From the NCBI GenBank assembly GCA_030527115.1, contig JAUNBM010000005.1, positions 1 to 62,634 of the forward strand: DNA of 62,634 nt, written 5' to 3'. The translations under genes were made by a program, and so were the position numbers. Shown one piece after another: positions 45,096 to 54,593 of this stretch. The stretch's first letter is position 1. Every line of letters begins with the position of its first letter. This stretch comes from Clostridia bacterium (GTDB lineage: Bacteria > Bacillota > Clostridia > Christensenellales > CAG-138). Below the pieces are notes generated by a model, which did no database searches, was not told the DNA's origin, and saw nothing but the letters and a program-made list of their open reading frames with translations.

Positions 45096-46934
45096 TCAGC
45101 TCAATTCAAACATTCCCATGTAGAGCTGGTAATATTTGCCCTTTTGCGCAAGCAAATCCTCATGGTCGCCGCGCTCGATTATCTTTCCGTGTTCCAAAAC
45201 CATGATGGCGTTGGAATTTCTAACGGTGGACAATCTGTGCGCGATAACAAAGACGGTTCTGCCCCGCATCAGCCTATCCATGCCCTTCTCTATCAAGGCT
45301 TCGGTTCGGGTGTCGATCGAGCTGGTCGCTTCGTCGAGTATCAATACCGGAGGATCGGCAACGGCCGCCCTCGCTATGGCGAGGAGCTGGCGCTGGCCCT
45401 GGGAGAGATTGGCTCCGTCGGCGGTTAGAACCGTATCGTAGCCCTGCGGCAGATGCCGGATGAAGAAGTCGGCGTTTGCCAGCTTGCAGGCGGCGACTAT
45501 CTCCTCGTCGGTCGCATCGAGCTTGCCGTAACGGATGTTGTCCTTGACCGTTCCGGTGAACAGGTGGGTGTCCTGCAAAACCATCGAAAGCGAGCGCCGC
45601 AGATCGTCCTTCCTTATCTCCTTAACATCTATCCCGTCATAGGTTATCTTGCCCTTTTGAACATCGTAGAAACGGTTTATCAGGTTGGTTATCGTGGTCT
45701 TGCCCGCTCCCGTACTGCCCACAAAAGCAATCTTTTCGCCGGGCCGTGCATAGAGGGAGACGTTTTGAAGCACATCGGTAACCCCGTCGTAGCTGAAGGT
45801 AACGTCGAAGAACCTCACGTCACCGCGCAGAGGAATCTCCTGCCCGTCCTTGAGCCACACCCATTCGTTGGCGCTCTTCTTTTGGAGCGTTACCGTTCCG
45901 TTGTCCACCTCCTCGGGCTCGTCGAGCAGGGCGAATATCCGCTCCGCTCCCGCCAGCGCATTCAATATGACGTTCACCTGTTGCGAAACCTGGGTTATCG
46001 GCTGGGCAAACTGGCGCGAATACTGCAAAAATGCGCCCAAGGTTCCAACGTCCATTATGCCCATCTCGCCGCCGTGAATCATCATGGCGGTTCCAAGCAC
46101 GGCTACGAGCGCATAGAGGATATAGTTCATATTGCCCATTATCGGCATCAGAATCATCGAATAGGTCGTGGCGTTCGTGGAGGAGGTCCTAAGCTCCTCT
46201 GCGAGCTTTTCGTAATCGGAGACCGCCCGCTTCTCGCGGTTGAAAAGCTTGACCTCGCGCTGTCCCTCGATATATTCCTCGGCAAAGCCGTTCGTTCCCG
46301 CCAGCGCCATCTGCCGCTTGCGGAAAAACCTTACGCTCCGCTTGCCAAGCTTAGTTACGACGAGCAACATTATCCCGAACGCGCCGAGGACTACGAGCGT
46401 GAGCTGCCAGCTCATTGCTATCATGAACGCAAGCACTCCGATTATCGTCAGACTGCTGGTCATAATGTTCGGAAGCGCCTGCGACATCATCTCGCGCAGG
46501 GTGTCGGTATCGTTAGTGAACCGGCTCATAATCGCACCGTGCGTTCGCTTGTCGAAGTATTGAAGCGGAAGCCGCTGAAGATGCCCGAACATCTCCTTGC
46601 GAATCCTTAAAAGCGTACTCGTGGATACGTTGAGCAACAGCCTTTGCCCCAAATAATTGCAACCGGCGCCGGTAACATAGATAGCCGCCAGCGTTGCTAT
46701 AAGCCGGAAAAACGCTGAAAAGTCGCTCGATCCCTCGTTGAACATTCGAACCGCCTCGTTCAGTATCGGCTTTAGCATATATGAGCCAAGAACGCTCGCC
46801 ACCGCCGCCACCACCAGGGCGACTGCTATTATCAGCAGGATCCAGCGGTGCGGCTTTAAATACGAGGCGAGGCGCAGGAACGTCTTTTTCATGTTCTCAG
46901 GCTTGTTAAATTGCTTCATTCTCGGTCCCGGCAT
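45096..46934 (-). CDS. ABC exporter, fused permease-ATPase (multidrug/lipid type), subunit B
   Basis: Six-TM exporter domain, Walker A GSTGAGKTT, signature LSQGQRQL and Walker B LILDEATSSID. Confidence 0.9.
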   Translation of the reverse strand: MPGPRMKQFNKPENMKKTFLRLASYLKPHRWILLIIAVALVVAAVASVLGSYMLKPILNEAVRMFNEGSSDFSAFFRLIATLAAIYVTGAGCNYLGQRLLLNVSTSTLLRIRKEMFGHLQRLPLQYFDKRTHGAIMSRFTNDTDTLREMMSQALPNIMTSSLTIIGVLAFMIAMSWQLTLVVLGAFGIMLLVVTKLGKRSVRFFRKRQMALAGTNGFAEEYIEGQREVKLFNREKRAVSDYEKLAEELRTSSTNATTYSMILMPIMGNMNYILYALVAVLGTAMMIHGGEMGIMDVGTLGAFLQYSRQFAQPITQVSQQVNVILNALAGAERIFALLDEPEEVDNGTVTLQKKSANEWVWLKDGQEIPLRGDVRFFDVTFSYDGVTDVLQNVSLYARPGEKIAFVGSTGAGKTTITNLINRFYDVQKGKITYDGIDVKEIRKDDLRRSLSMVLQDTHLFTGTVKDNIRYGKLDATDEEIVAACKLANADFFIRHLPQGYDTVLTADGANLSQGQRQLLAIARAAVADPPVLILDEATSSIDTRTEALIEKGMDRLMRGRTVFVIAHRLSTVRNSNAIMVLEHGKIIERGDHEDLLAQKGKYYQLYMGMFELS

Positions 46935-46935
46935 A

Positions 46936-48669
46936 TTAAGCCACCCCCTTCTGCTGTGAATGATAAACCTCTTGATAGATCAGATTGCTTTTTAGCAATT
47001 CCTCATGCGTGCCTATCGCGTCGATCCCGCCTTCGTTCATAACAATTATCCTGTCCGCGTCCATAACCGAATGGATTCGCTGGGCAATGATGAACTTCGT
47101 TACTCCCGCAAACTTCGTTCTAAACGCCTCCAATATCGAAGCGTCGGTGGCGGTATCGACCGCTGAGGTCGAATCGTCCAGAATCAGTATCTTCGGCTTT
47201 TTGAGCAGGGCGCGCGCTATGCAAAGCCTCTGCTTCTGCCCACCGGAGACGTTGACCCCTCCCTGCCCGAGATCCGTTTCATAGCCCTTTTCAAAGCTCA
47301 TGATGAAGTCGTGGGCGCACGCCGCCGCGGTCGCCTCCTCGATCTCCTCCTGCGAAGCGTTGGGATTGCCCCAGAGCAGATTCTCCCTGATCGTTCCCGA
47401 AAACAGCACGTTCTTTTGCATGACCATGCCGATGCACTCGCGCAGGGTTTCGGTCGAATACTCCCTTACGTCGTGTCCTCCGACTAAAACCGCGCCGGAA
47501 TACACATCGTAGAGCCTCGGAATCAGCTGTACAAGCGAGGTCTTGCCGCTGCCGCTGCCTCCGATTATGCCTATCGTTTCCCCGCTTTTTACTTGCAGGT
47601 CTATATTGGTGAGCGTGAGGTTGTTCGGATCGTCGGTATAGGAGAAGGACACGTTGGAGAAAACCACCGAGCCGTCCTGCACCTCAAACTTTGAGTCAAG
47701 GTTCTCGTCTATCGCCGGAACCTCGTCCAAAACCTCGACCACGCGCTTTGCGCTCGCCGCTGACAGCACCATGTTGATGAACACCATAGACAGCATCATG
47801 AGCGACATCAGCACGCTTGTGATATAGCTGAAAAAGCTCATCAGCGCTCCCGATTCCATGCCTCCGACGGCAATTTTTCCGCCGCCGATTAAAGCGACCG
47901 CAACTATACAGCCGTACATCACCAACTGCATTATCGGGGAGTTCAGTATCAGTATCTTCTCCGCGCGAAGCTGAGCCTTTCTCACTCCCTCCGCGCTCTC
48001 GTTGAATTTTTTGCGCTCGTAATCCCGACGCACAAACGCTTTGACGACCCGGATTGCAATAAGATTTTCCTGGGCTGAGGCGTTTAAAGCATCATAGCGT
48101 TTGAGCATCTCAATGAACCTGGGATAGGTTTTCGTTGCGATTATCGCAAGCGAACCCGCCAGCAACGGGATAGCGAGCAACAGGATGAGCGAAAGCTCGC
48201 CCGAAATGCCTATCGCCATTATCGTCGCAGTGACGAGCATCGTCGGGCTTCGCATCATCATGCGCAACGACATCATATAAGCCTGCTGTAAATAGGTTAT
48301 ATCCTGAGTCAGCCGCGTTACGAGCGACGGCGTTGTAAATTTATCGGTGTTCTTGAACGAAAAGTTTTCAATCTTCTCAAACAGCGACATCCGAAGATTC
48401 TTGGCAAACCCCATCGCCGCCTTCGAGCCGAAGCCTGCCGAAAGCGAGCCGAAGATCAGCGCTCCAAAAGCCATCAGCACCATTAAAGCTCCGGTTCGGA
48501 TAACATAGTCCATGTCGCCCGTGGCGATGCCGACGTCCACCATTTGTCCCATCAGCATCGGGATGGAAACCTCTAAAAGCACCTCCAGGATTATGAACAC
48601 CGGGGTTAATATCGAAACCAGCTTATACTCCTTTACATGGGAGAGCAGTCTCTTTATATAGTAAATCAT
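46936..48669 (-). CDS. ABC exporter, fused permease-ATPase, subunit A
   Basis: Walker A GGSGSGKTS, signature VSGGQKQR and Walker B LILDDSTSAVD. A 1-nt gap separates it from subunit B. Confidence 0.9.
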   Translation of the reverse strand: MIYYIKRLLSHVKEYKLVSILTPVFIILEVLLEVSIPMLMGQMVDVGIATGDMDYVIRTGALMVLMAFGALIFGSLSAGFGSKAAMGFAKNLRMSLFEKIENFSFKNTDKFTTPSLVTRLTQDITYLQQAYMMSLRMMMRSPTMLVTATIMAIGISGELSLILLLAIPLLAGSLAIIATKTYPRFIEMLKRYDALNASAQENLIAIRVVKAFVRRDYERKKFNESAEGVRKAQLRAEKILILNSPIMQLVMYGCIVAVALIGGGKIAVGGMESGALMSFFSYITSVLMSLMMLSMVFINMVLSAASAKRVVEVLDEVPAIDENLDSKFEVQDGSVVFSNVSFSYTDDPNNLTLTNIDLQVKSGETIGIIGGSGSGKTSLVQLIPRLYDVYSGAVLVGGHDVREYSTETLRECIGMVMQKNVLFSGTIRENLLWGNPNASQEEIEEATAAACAHDFIMSFEKGYETDLGQGGVNVSGGQKQRLCIARALLKKPKILILDDSTSAVDTATDASILEAFRTKFAGVTKFIIAQRIHSVMDADRIIVMNEGGIDAIGTHEELLKSNLIYQEVYHSQQKGVA

Positions 48670-49091
48670 CTATCCACCTCGATTCCGCATATTATCTTAT
48701 CCAGCAGTTCGGCAAGCATATTCATCTCCTCCTCGGTGAGCGGGGAGAAACAGCGAAAATCCGTCTCGTCGAAGGCTTCACGGCATTTTTGCGAGAGCAG
48801 TCTCCCACGTTCGGTCGCATAAAGCCGGTTGATCCTCCTGTCGTTCTCGTCCGCACAGCGGCTTATAAGTCCCGCCTGCTCCAAACGCTTACAGCTTGCG
48901 GCGATAGTCGGCGGCGTAACCCCCCGCCCTATCGCAATCTCGCTCTGAATGCACCCGTCATGCTCCTTGATGTACTCAAGGATCGGAAGCTGTCCAAAGT
49001 GTATGCTGTCGTCCCCGGTCAGTTTCCACAGCATATCCCGCCTGAGCTTCATAAGGCGCATTAGTCGCTTTCCGATTTCTTTGAATTCCAT
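48666..49091 (-). CDS. MarR-family transcriptional regulator
   Basis: Winged HTH (FGQLPILEYIKEHDGCIQSEIAIGRGVTPPTIAASCKRLEQAGLISR ... DRRINRLYATERG). It overlaps the exporter gene by 4 nt. Confidence 0.88.
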   Translation of the reverse strand: MEFKEIGKRLMRLMKLRRDMLWKLTGDDSIHFGQLPILEYIKEHDGCIQSEIAIGRGVTPPTIAASCKRLEQAGLISRCADENDRRINRLYATERGRLLSQKCREAFDETDFRCFSPLTEEEMNMLAELLDKIICGIEVDR

Positions 49092-49107
49092 TGCTCCTCC
49101 TGATTAG

Positions 49108-49134
49108 TTAATCGCCTAACTGTTAGTCGATTAA
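49108..49134. promoter_or_regulatory. 27-bp near-perfect palindrome, candidate MarR operator
   Basis: TTAATCGcCTAAC-t-GTTAGtCGATTAA has one mismatch between arms. It lies immediately downstream of the -10 box of the marR promoter. Confidence 0.55.
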
Positions 49135-49136
49135 CG

Positions 49137-49165
49137 ATTATATGCGAACTTAATTCTTCTGTCAA
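49137..49165 (-). promoter_or_regulatory. sigma-A type promoter of the marR-ABC exporter operon
   Basis: The minus strand reads TTGACA (49165..49160), a 17-nt spacer, then TATAAT (49142..49137). Confidence 0.6.
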
Positions 49166-49201
49166 GTCCTTTTTATCATCGGGCAATATTTTTTATTCCG
49201 A

Positions 49202-49230
49202 TTGACACCCTAGTTTCGGAATGGTATAAT
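49202..49230 (+). promoter_or_regulatory. sigma-A type promoter (with extended -10 TG) of the gcv operon
   Basis: TTGACA (49202..49207), a 17-nt spacer ending in TGg, then TATAAT (49225..49230). Confidence 0.65.
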
Positions 49231-49249
49231 CAGGCAGTAATAAAATATG

Positions 49250-49403
49250 TCGGACGACGGATTCGGGAGAGCATACCGAAGCGGTATCGCCGAAGGGGCA
49301 ATGAAGAAAACTCTCAGGCAAAAGGACCAGATCCCGACGACGCTCTGGAAAGCACGCTTGTGCACCGAAGGGGGAAATCTCTCAGGTAAAGTAAACAGAG
49401 GCG
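49250..49403 (+). promoter_or_regulatory. tandem glycine riboswitch (two aptamers)
   Basis: Aptamer 1 is CGGGAGAG...CGCCGAAGGGGCAA...CTCTCAGGCAAAAGGAC. Aptamer 2 is CTCTGGAAAG...GCACCGAAGGGGGAAA...CTCTCAGGTAAAGTAAACAGAG. It matches the B. subtilis gcvT leader pattern and lies upstream of gcvT. Confidence 0.9.
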
Positions 49404-49437
49404 CTACAGATTATTCTGTGCGCCATTCTATTATTTT
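49400..49437 (+). terminator. riboswitch expression-platform terminator
   Basis: GGCGC(t)ACAG-attatt-CTGTGCGCC followed by ATTCTATTATTTT. Its 5' arm abuts the 3' end of aptamer 2. Confidence 0.55.
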
Positions 49438-49447
49438 GGAGGTGTCT

Positions 49448-50545
49448 ATGGAAGAATTAACTACCCCGCTCTACTCGCGCCACGTCGCCCTCGGCGGCAA
49501 GATGGTTTCCTTTGCCGGCTATATGCTGCCCGTTCAGTATCCGGCAGGACTTGTTAAAGAACACATGGCGGTCAGGCAGCAGGCCGGCATTTTTGACGTT
49601 TCGCATATGGGCGAAATCCTGATTAAGGGCACCGACGCTTTTTCAAACGTGCAGGCTCTCGTGACCGTAGATGTTGCGGAGATGTATGACGGAAGCGTTA
49701 AATACACTCCCATGTGCAACTTTGACGGCGGCGTTGTGGACGATATACTCGTCTATCGCATCAATGCCGAATGCTACTTCCTTGTCGTCAACGCATCCAA
49801 CCGCAAAAAGGACGCCGCCTGGATTGAGCAGAACCTCAAGGGCGACGTTAAGATGGAGGATATCTCCGACACGGTTGGGCAGATTGCCCTGCAAGGCCCG
49901 GCCTCCATCGAGATTATGAAGCGTTCGATCGACGATGACGCCAATCGTCCAAAGAAGTATTATACCTTTACGACCGAAGGCCATATCGCAGGTCACCGCT
50001 GTCTCATTTCGCGCACCGGCTACACCGGTGAGCTGGGCTATGAAGTCTATGCCGCCGCCGATGCCATAGGTGATATCTGGGACGCTCTGATGAAGAACGG
50101 CGAGGAACTTGGGCTTCTCCCCTGCGGCCTCGGCTCCAGGGACACCCTGCGCCTCGAAGCCGCCATGCCGCTCTACGGGCACGAGCTTCGCGATGATATT
50201 ACCCCGCTCGAAGCCTCCCTGGACTTCTTTGTTAAGACCGATCGCGACGATTTTATCGGGCGCGAAGCCATGCTGAACAAGGGCGTCGCTCGCAAGCGGG
50301 TCGGCTTGAAGGTAACCGGACGCGGCATAATCAGGGAGCATTGCGACGTTTACAGCAAGGACAGGCTCGTGGGTCAGGTAAGTTCCGGAACCCTCTGTCC
50401 TTTCGTGAATCAGGCCGTCGGTATGGCGCTCATCGACCTCGAATATACTGCGGACGGAACGGAACTGGAAGCGGACGTGCGCGGCAGACGCATTCCCGTC
50501 GTCGTGATTCCACTTCCCTTTTATAAAAGACAAACTACAAAATAG
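49448..50545 (+). CDS. gcvT: glycine cleavage system aminomethyltransferase (T protein)
   Basis: The start was trimmed to [31 protein letters not shown], with GGAGG upstream. FDVSHMGE is present. The upstream part of the track ORF covers the riboswitch. Confidence 0.93.
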   Translation: MEELTTPLYSRHVALGGKMVSFAGYMLPVQYPAGLVKEHMAVRQQAGIFDVSHMGEILIKGTDAFSNVQALVTVDVAEMYDGSVKYTPMCNFDGGVVDDILVYRINAECYFLVVNASNRKKDAAWIEQNLKGDVKMEDISDTVGQIALQGPASIEIMKRSIDDDANRPKKYYTFTTEGHIAGHRCLISRTGYTGELGYEVYAAADAIGDIWDALMKNGEELGLLPCGLGSRDTLRLEAAMPLYGHELRDDITPLEASLDFFVKTDRDDFIGREAMLNKGVARKRVGLKVTGRGIIREHCDVYSKDRLVGQVSSGTLCPFVNQAVGMALIDLEYTADGTELEADVRGRRIPVVVIPLPFYKRQTTK

Positions 50546-50555
50546 GAGGCAAATT

Positions 50556-50918
50556 ATGTTGTATTATGCAAAGTCCCACGAATGGGTAAAGCTGAACGAG
50601 GACGAAACCGCTTCCATCGGTCTGTCCGATTATGCTCAAAAAGAGCTGGGCGATCTGGTCTTTGTTAACCTGCCGATGGTAGGCGACGAGCTTGTTGCCG
50701 GCGCGGTATTTGGCGATGTGGAATCGGTTAAGGCGGTTTCCGATGTTTACTCCCCTGTCTCCGGTGAAGTTACGGAGATCAACGAGGAGCTTTTGGACAA
50801 CCCCGCCCTCATAAACGAAGCCGCGCTTGACGCTTGGTTCGTCCGCCTGAATAACGTTGAATCCGCCGAGGGTCTTTTGACCCAGGAGGAATACGACGCT
50901 TATATCGCCTCTCTGTAA
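50556..50918 (+). CDS. gcvH: glycine cleavage system H protein
   Basis: YAKSHEWV and the lipoyl-lysine context [18 protein letters not shown]. Confidence 0.93.
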   Translation: MLYYAKSHEWVKLNEDETASIGLSDYAQKELGDLVFVNLPMVGDELVAGAVFGDVESVKAVSDVYSPVSGEVTEINEELLDNPALINEAALDAWFVRLNNVESAEGLLTQEEYDAYIASL

Positions 50919-50930
50919 TAAGGAGCTTTT

Positions 50931-52244
50931 ATGGGCAGCTATGTTCCTAATACCCCGTCCGAGCGTAAAAGTATGCTTAACGCGCTCGGACTTGAGAGCT
51001 ACGCCGAGCTGTATGCGGATGTTCCCGCTTCGGTTCTGCTGAACCGGCCGCTGAATCTTGAGCCGGGGAAGTCGGAGCTGGAGGTTAGGCGCGAGATGCG
51101 AAAAATCGCTGATAAGAACCGCGTCTTTACCGATATCCTGCGCGGAGCCGGCGCATATGATCACTATATACCCGCAGTAGCCAAAAGCATCCCCCAGAAG
51201 GAGGAGTTTTTGACCGCTTACACTCCCTATCAGGCGGAAATGAGCCAGGGCGTTCTTCAATCCATATTCGAGTATCAAACGATGATATGCGAGCTGACCG
51301 GAATGGCGGTTTCCAACGCCTCCGTCTATGACGGCGCAAGCGCCGCCGCCGAAGCGCTCGCCATGTGCCGCGACCGCAAGCGCACGGTTTCGCTGATATC
51401 CGAAGGCGTGAATCCGGACGTGCTGGCTGTGGTTAAGAGCTATTGCTTCGCCTCCAATCATGATCTGAGGATCATCCCGCTCAAGGACGGCAAAACCGAT
51501 TTGGACGCTTTGAAGGAGCTGTTGTCGGACGACGTGTCAGGCGTTTTTGTCCAACAGCCCAACTTCTACGGCATATTCGAGGACTGCGAGGCGGTTTCCG
51601 CCCTCGTTCACGAGCGCGGCGCCATGTTTGTTATGGGATGCAACCCGATAGCGCTGGCTATTATCAAGACACCGGCCGAATGCGGAGCGGATATTGCAAC
51701 CGGCGAGGGCCAGCCGCTCGGTCTGCCTTTGGCATACGGCGGCCCCTATCTCGGTTTTATGGCCGCAACCGCAAAGCATATGCGCAAACTGCCCGGAAGG
51801 ATCGTCGGGCAGACCGTTGACCGCGACGGCAACACCGCCTATGTGCTGACCTTGCAGGCGCGCGAACAGCATATCCGGCGCGAGAAAGCGTCCAGCAACA
51901 TATGCTCCAACCAGGCGCTCTGCGCGCTTACCGCCGCGGTATATATGTCCGCGATGGGCGAAAGGGGTATACGGGACGCCGCGATGCAATCCATGGCAAA
52001 GGCACATTATCTTCAGGAGCGGCTTTGCTCCATCGACGGGGTTGAGCTGAAATATCAGGCTCCGTTCTTCCACGAGTTTTTGCTAAAGATGCCGCGAGCC
52101 GGTGAAATTTTAGCCGAACTCGAAAAGGCGGGCATCCTCGGCGGCCTGCCCGTGGACGACGGCGTTTTGTGGTGCGTTACCGAGAAGGTTAGCCGCGAAA
52201 CTCTCGACAGGGTCGAAGCAATTTGCAGGGAGGTGCTGGCATGA
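50931..52244 (+). CDS. gcvPA: glycine dehydrogenase (decarboxylating) subunit 1
   Basis: YIPNT-type N-terminus, FLTAYTPYQAEMSQGVLQSIFEYQTMICELTGM, and operon position. Confidence 0.92.
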   Translation: MGSYVPNTPSERKSMLNALGLESYAELYADVPASVLLNRPLNLEPGKSELEVRREMRKIADKNRVFTDILRGAGAYDHYIPAVAKSIPQKEEFLTAYTPYQAEMSQGVLQSIFEYQTMICELTGMAVSNASVYDGASAAAEALAMCRDRKRTVSLISEGVNPDVLAVVKSYCFASNHDLRIIPLKDGKTDLDALKELLSDDVSGVFVQQPNFYGIFEDCEAVSALVHERGAMFVMGCNPIALAIIKTPAECGADIATGEGQPLGLPLAYGGPYLGFMAATAKHMRKLPGRIVGQTVDRDGNTAYVLTLQAREQHIRREKASSNICSNQALCALTAAVYMSAMGERGIRDAAMQSMAKAHYLQERLCSIDGVELKYQAPFFHEFLLKMPRAGEILAELEKAGILGGLPVDDGVLWCVTEKVSRETLDRVEAICREVLA

Positions 52245-53650
52245 AGCTGATATTTGAAAACAGTATCGAAGGACGCGGTTGCGAGCTTCTGCCCGCTTGC
52301 GATGTTCCCGCAGTTGAGCTTCCAATCGAGCTTAGAAGGGCTGTGAAGCCGAAGCTTCCGCAGCTTAGCGAAATCGACATCACCCGCCATTACACCGCCC
52401 TCTCAAAGCGGGCGCACGGCGTAAACTGCGGCTTTTATCCGCTCGGCTCCTGCACGATGAAATACAATCCCCGCATAGACGAGGAGATTGCCGCGCTCGA
52501 AGGCTTTACCAACATTCATCCCCTTGCCCCCGCGCATACAGTTGCCGGCTGTGAGGAGGTTTTGACCCGGTGCGGCGAAGCTCTTGCGGAGATCACCGGC
52601 ATGGATGCGATGAGCTTGCAACCCGCCGCCGGAGCGCACGGTGAATTCACTGGACTGCTCTTGATTAAGTCCTATCACCATTCCCGCGGCGATAAAAAGA
52701 GAACCAAGATCATAGTCCCCGATTCCGCGCACGGAACGAATCCCGCCAGCGCGGCGATGTGCGGATTTACCACGGTTTCGATCCCTTCCGCTTCCGACGG
52801 CTGTGTTGATCTTAACGCCCTTCAGGCCGCTTTGGACGACGAGGTCGCCGGACTGATGCTGACCAATCCAAACACCGTTGGACTGTTCGACAAGCAGATT
52901 TTGAAGATAACCGAGCTGGTTCACGAGGCGGGCGGTCTTGTTTACTATGACGGCGCGAATTTGAACGCTATTATGGGCGTTGTCCGCCCGGGCGATATGG
53001 GGTTCGACGTTGTGCATCTGAATCTGCACAAGACCTTTGCCACCCCTCACGGCGGCGGCGGCCCCGGTAGCGGGCCGGTTGGTTGCAAGAGCTTTTTGGC
53101 TCCGTTTCTTCCCGCTTCGAGCATAAAAACCGGTAAGGACGCCTTGCAGGTTCGCTCCTTTTACGGCAACTTCCTCGTAATCGTCAAGGCGCTGACCTAC
53201 ATTATGACGCTTGGCGCCGAGGGCGTTCGGGAGGCGGCGCAAAACGCGGTTTTGAACGCCAACTACCTTATGAAACAGCTGGAGGGGAGCTTTGAGCCCG
53301 CTTTTGACAATATCTGTATGCACGAGTTTGTTCTCTGTTTGGAGCGGTTCAAGCACGATACGGGCGTAAGCGCGCTCGATGTTGCAAAGGCTATGATAGA
53401 CGAGGGAATTCACCCGCCGACGATGTATTTCCCGCTCATAGTCCACGAGGCGCTCATGCTTGAGCCTACCGAAACCGAATCCAAATCGACGCTCGACGAC
53501 GCCGCCCTGGTTCTCAAGCGGCTGTATCAGCGCGCCTTCGACGAGCCCGAAAGTATGCATTCCGCGCCGCACAAAGCGCCGATATCCAGGCCGGACGAGG
53601 TGTTGGCGGCACGGCAACCCGTGCTTAGGTACGAGTTTTCGCATGAATAA
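52241..53650 (+). CDS. gcvPB: glycine dehydrogenase (decarboxylating) subunit 2
   Basis: The start MKLIFENS overlaps the gcvPA stop (ATGA). PLP-lysine context HLNLHKTFATPHGGGGPG. Confidence 0.92.
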   Translation: MKLIFENSIEGRGCELLPACDVPAVELPIELRRAVKPKLPQLSEIDITRHYTALSKRAHGVNCGFYPLGSCTMKYNPRIDEEIAALEGFTNIHPLAPAHTVAGCEEVLTRCGEALAEITGMDAMSLQPAAGAHGEFTGLLLIKSYHHSRGDKKRTKIIVPDSAHGTNPASAAMCGFTTVSIPSASDGCVDLNALQAALDDEVAGLMLTNPNTVGLFDKQILKITELVHEAGGLVYYDGANLNAIMGVVRPGDMGFDVVHLNLHKTFATPHGGGGPGSGPVGCKSFLAPFLPASSIKTGKDALQVRSFYGNFLVIVKALTYIMTLGAEGVREAAQNAVLNANYLMKQLEGSFEPAFDNICMHEFVLCLERFKHDTGVSALDVAKAMIDEGIHPPTMYFPLIVHEALMLEPTETESKSTLDDAALVLKRLYQRAFDEPESMHSAPHKAPISRPDEVLAARQPVLRYEFSHE

Positions 53651-54593
53651 GCTCCTCGTCTGCGTTTCCGACAGCTTCGATCCCTATTTCAATCAGGGGC
53701 TTGAAAAGCATCTTCTGGAGCAGGTCGGAACGGACAGCCTTATCCTCTATCTTTGGCAGAACGATCGAACCGTGGTTATCGGACGGAATCAGGATGCTTA
53801 TGCGGAATGCAGGATAACGGAGCTTACGAACGATGGAGGGCATCTTGCCAGGCGGCTCTCCGGCGGAGGAGCGGTTTTTCACGATAAGGGCAACCTGAAC
53901 TATACCTTTATTGCCCCCAAAAACCGCTTCGATATCCCGCTAAACTCCGAAATTGTTTTGGATGCGGTCGCCTCGTTCGGCTTATATGCCGACCTGAGCG
54001 GCAGAAACGACATGGTGATCGACGGGCGCAAGTTTTCGGGCACGGCTTATTACCGCACCGAAGCGGGCTGTTTGCATCACGGCACGCTTTTAATCTCCGG
54101 AGACTTTGAGCTGATGCGCAAGTACCTCGCCGTTTCCGAGAGCAAGCTCAAAAAGAATGCGGTTCAGTCCGTGCGTTCCAGGGTCGTAAACCTCCGCGAG
54201 CTGAACCCTGCCGTCAGCGTTGATTTGATGAAGGAGCGCCTTATCGCCTCTTTTGGCAGGCGCTATGGCGCAAAGGTGGAGTTGATTTCCGCCCCTCCGG
54301 CTGTTTTGGAACGCGAGTTTTTTGAAAACACGGAATGGATACTCGGCCGCAAGCCGCATTTTAACCGCGTATTTGAATGCCAGTTCCCCTTCGGCAACTT
54401 CAAGCTGGCGCTCATGGTGAAGGAGGGCGTGATTTGCGACGCTGAGCTGTATACCGACGCTATGGACGCGGAGGGCTATCACGAGCTTTGCGAACGGCTG
54501 AAAGGTCTGCCGCTGAGCAAAAGCTCCATCGAAACCGTATTTAAGGACGAGAGCCGGGAGCTTATTGAATGGCTTATCAGGGAGGTTGTATGA
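53643..54593 (+). CDS. lplA: lipoate-protein ligase A
   Basis: The ATG at 53643 overlaps the gcvPB 3' end. Motifs RRLSGGGAVFHDKGNLNYTF, GRKFSGTAY and HHGTLL. Confidence 0.88.
   Translation: MNKLLVCVSDSFDPYFNQGLEKHLLEQVGTDSLILYLWQNDRTVVIGRNQDAYAECRITELTNDGGHLARRLSGGGAVFHDKGNLNYTFIAPKNRFDIPLNSEIVLDAVASFGLYADLSGRNDMVIDGRKFSGTAYYRTEAGCLHHGTLLISGDFELMRKYLAVSESKLKKNAVQSVRSRVVNLRELNPAVSVDLMKERLIASFGRRYGAKVELISAPPAVLEREFFENTEWILGRKPHFNRVFECQFPFGNFKLALMVKEGVICDAELYTDAMDAEGYHELCERLKGLPLSKSSIETVFKDESRELIEWLIREVV

Noticed and set aside
49247-49447. 67-codon N-terminal extension of gcvT in the ORF track
   Set aside because: This segment is the glycine riboswitch and its terminator. The real gcvT start is the RBS-preceded ATG at 49448.
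52403-53644. 413-aa minus-strand ORF
   Set aside because: It is antisense to gcvPB, whose identity is unambiguous (PLP-Lys motif), so it is a shadow ORF. The same reasoning applies to 50535-51461(-), 25179-26270(+), 36313-37233(-), 45453-46610(+) and the many Ser/Pro-rich plus-strand ORFs at 59795-62413.
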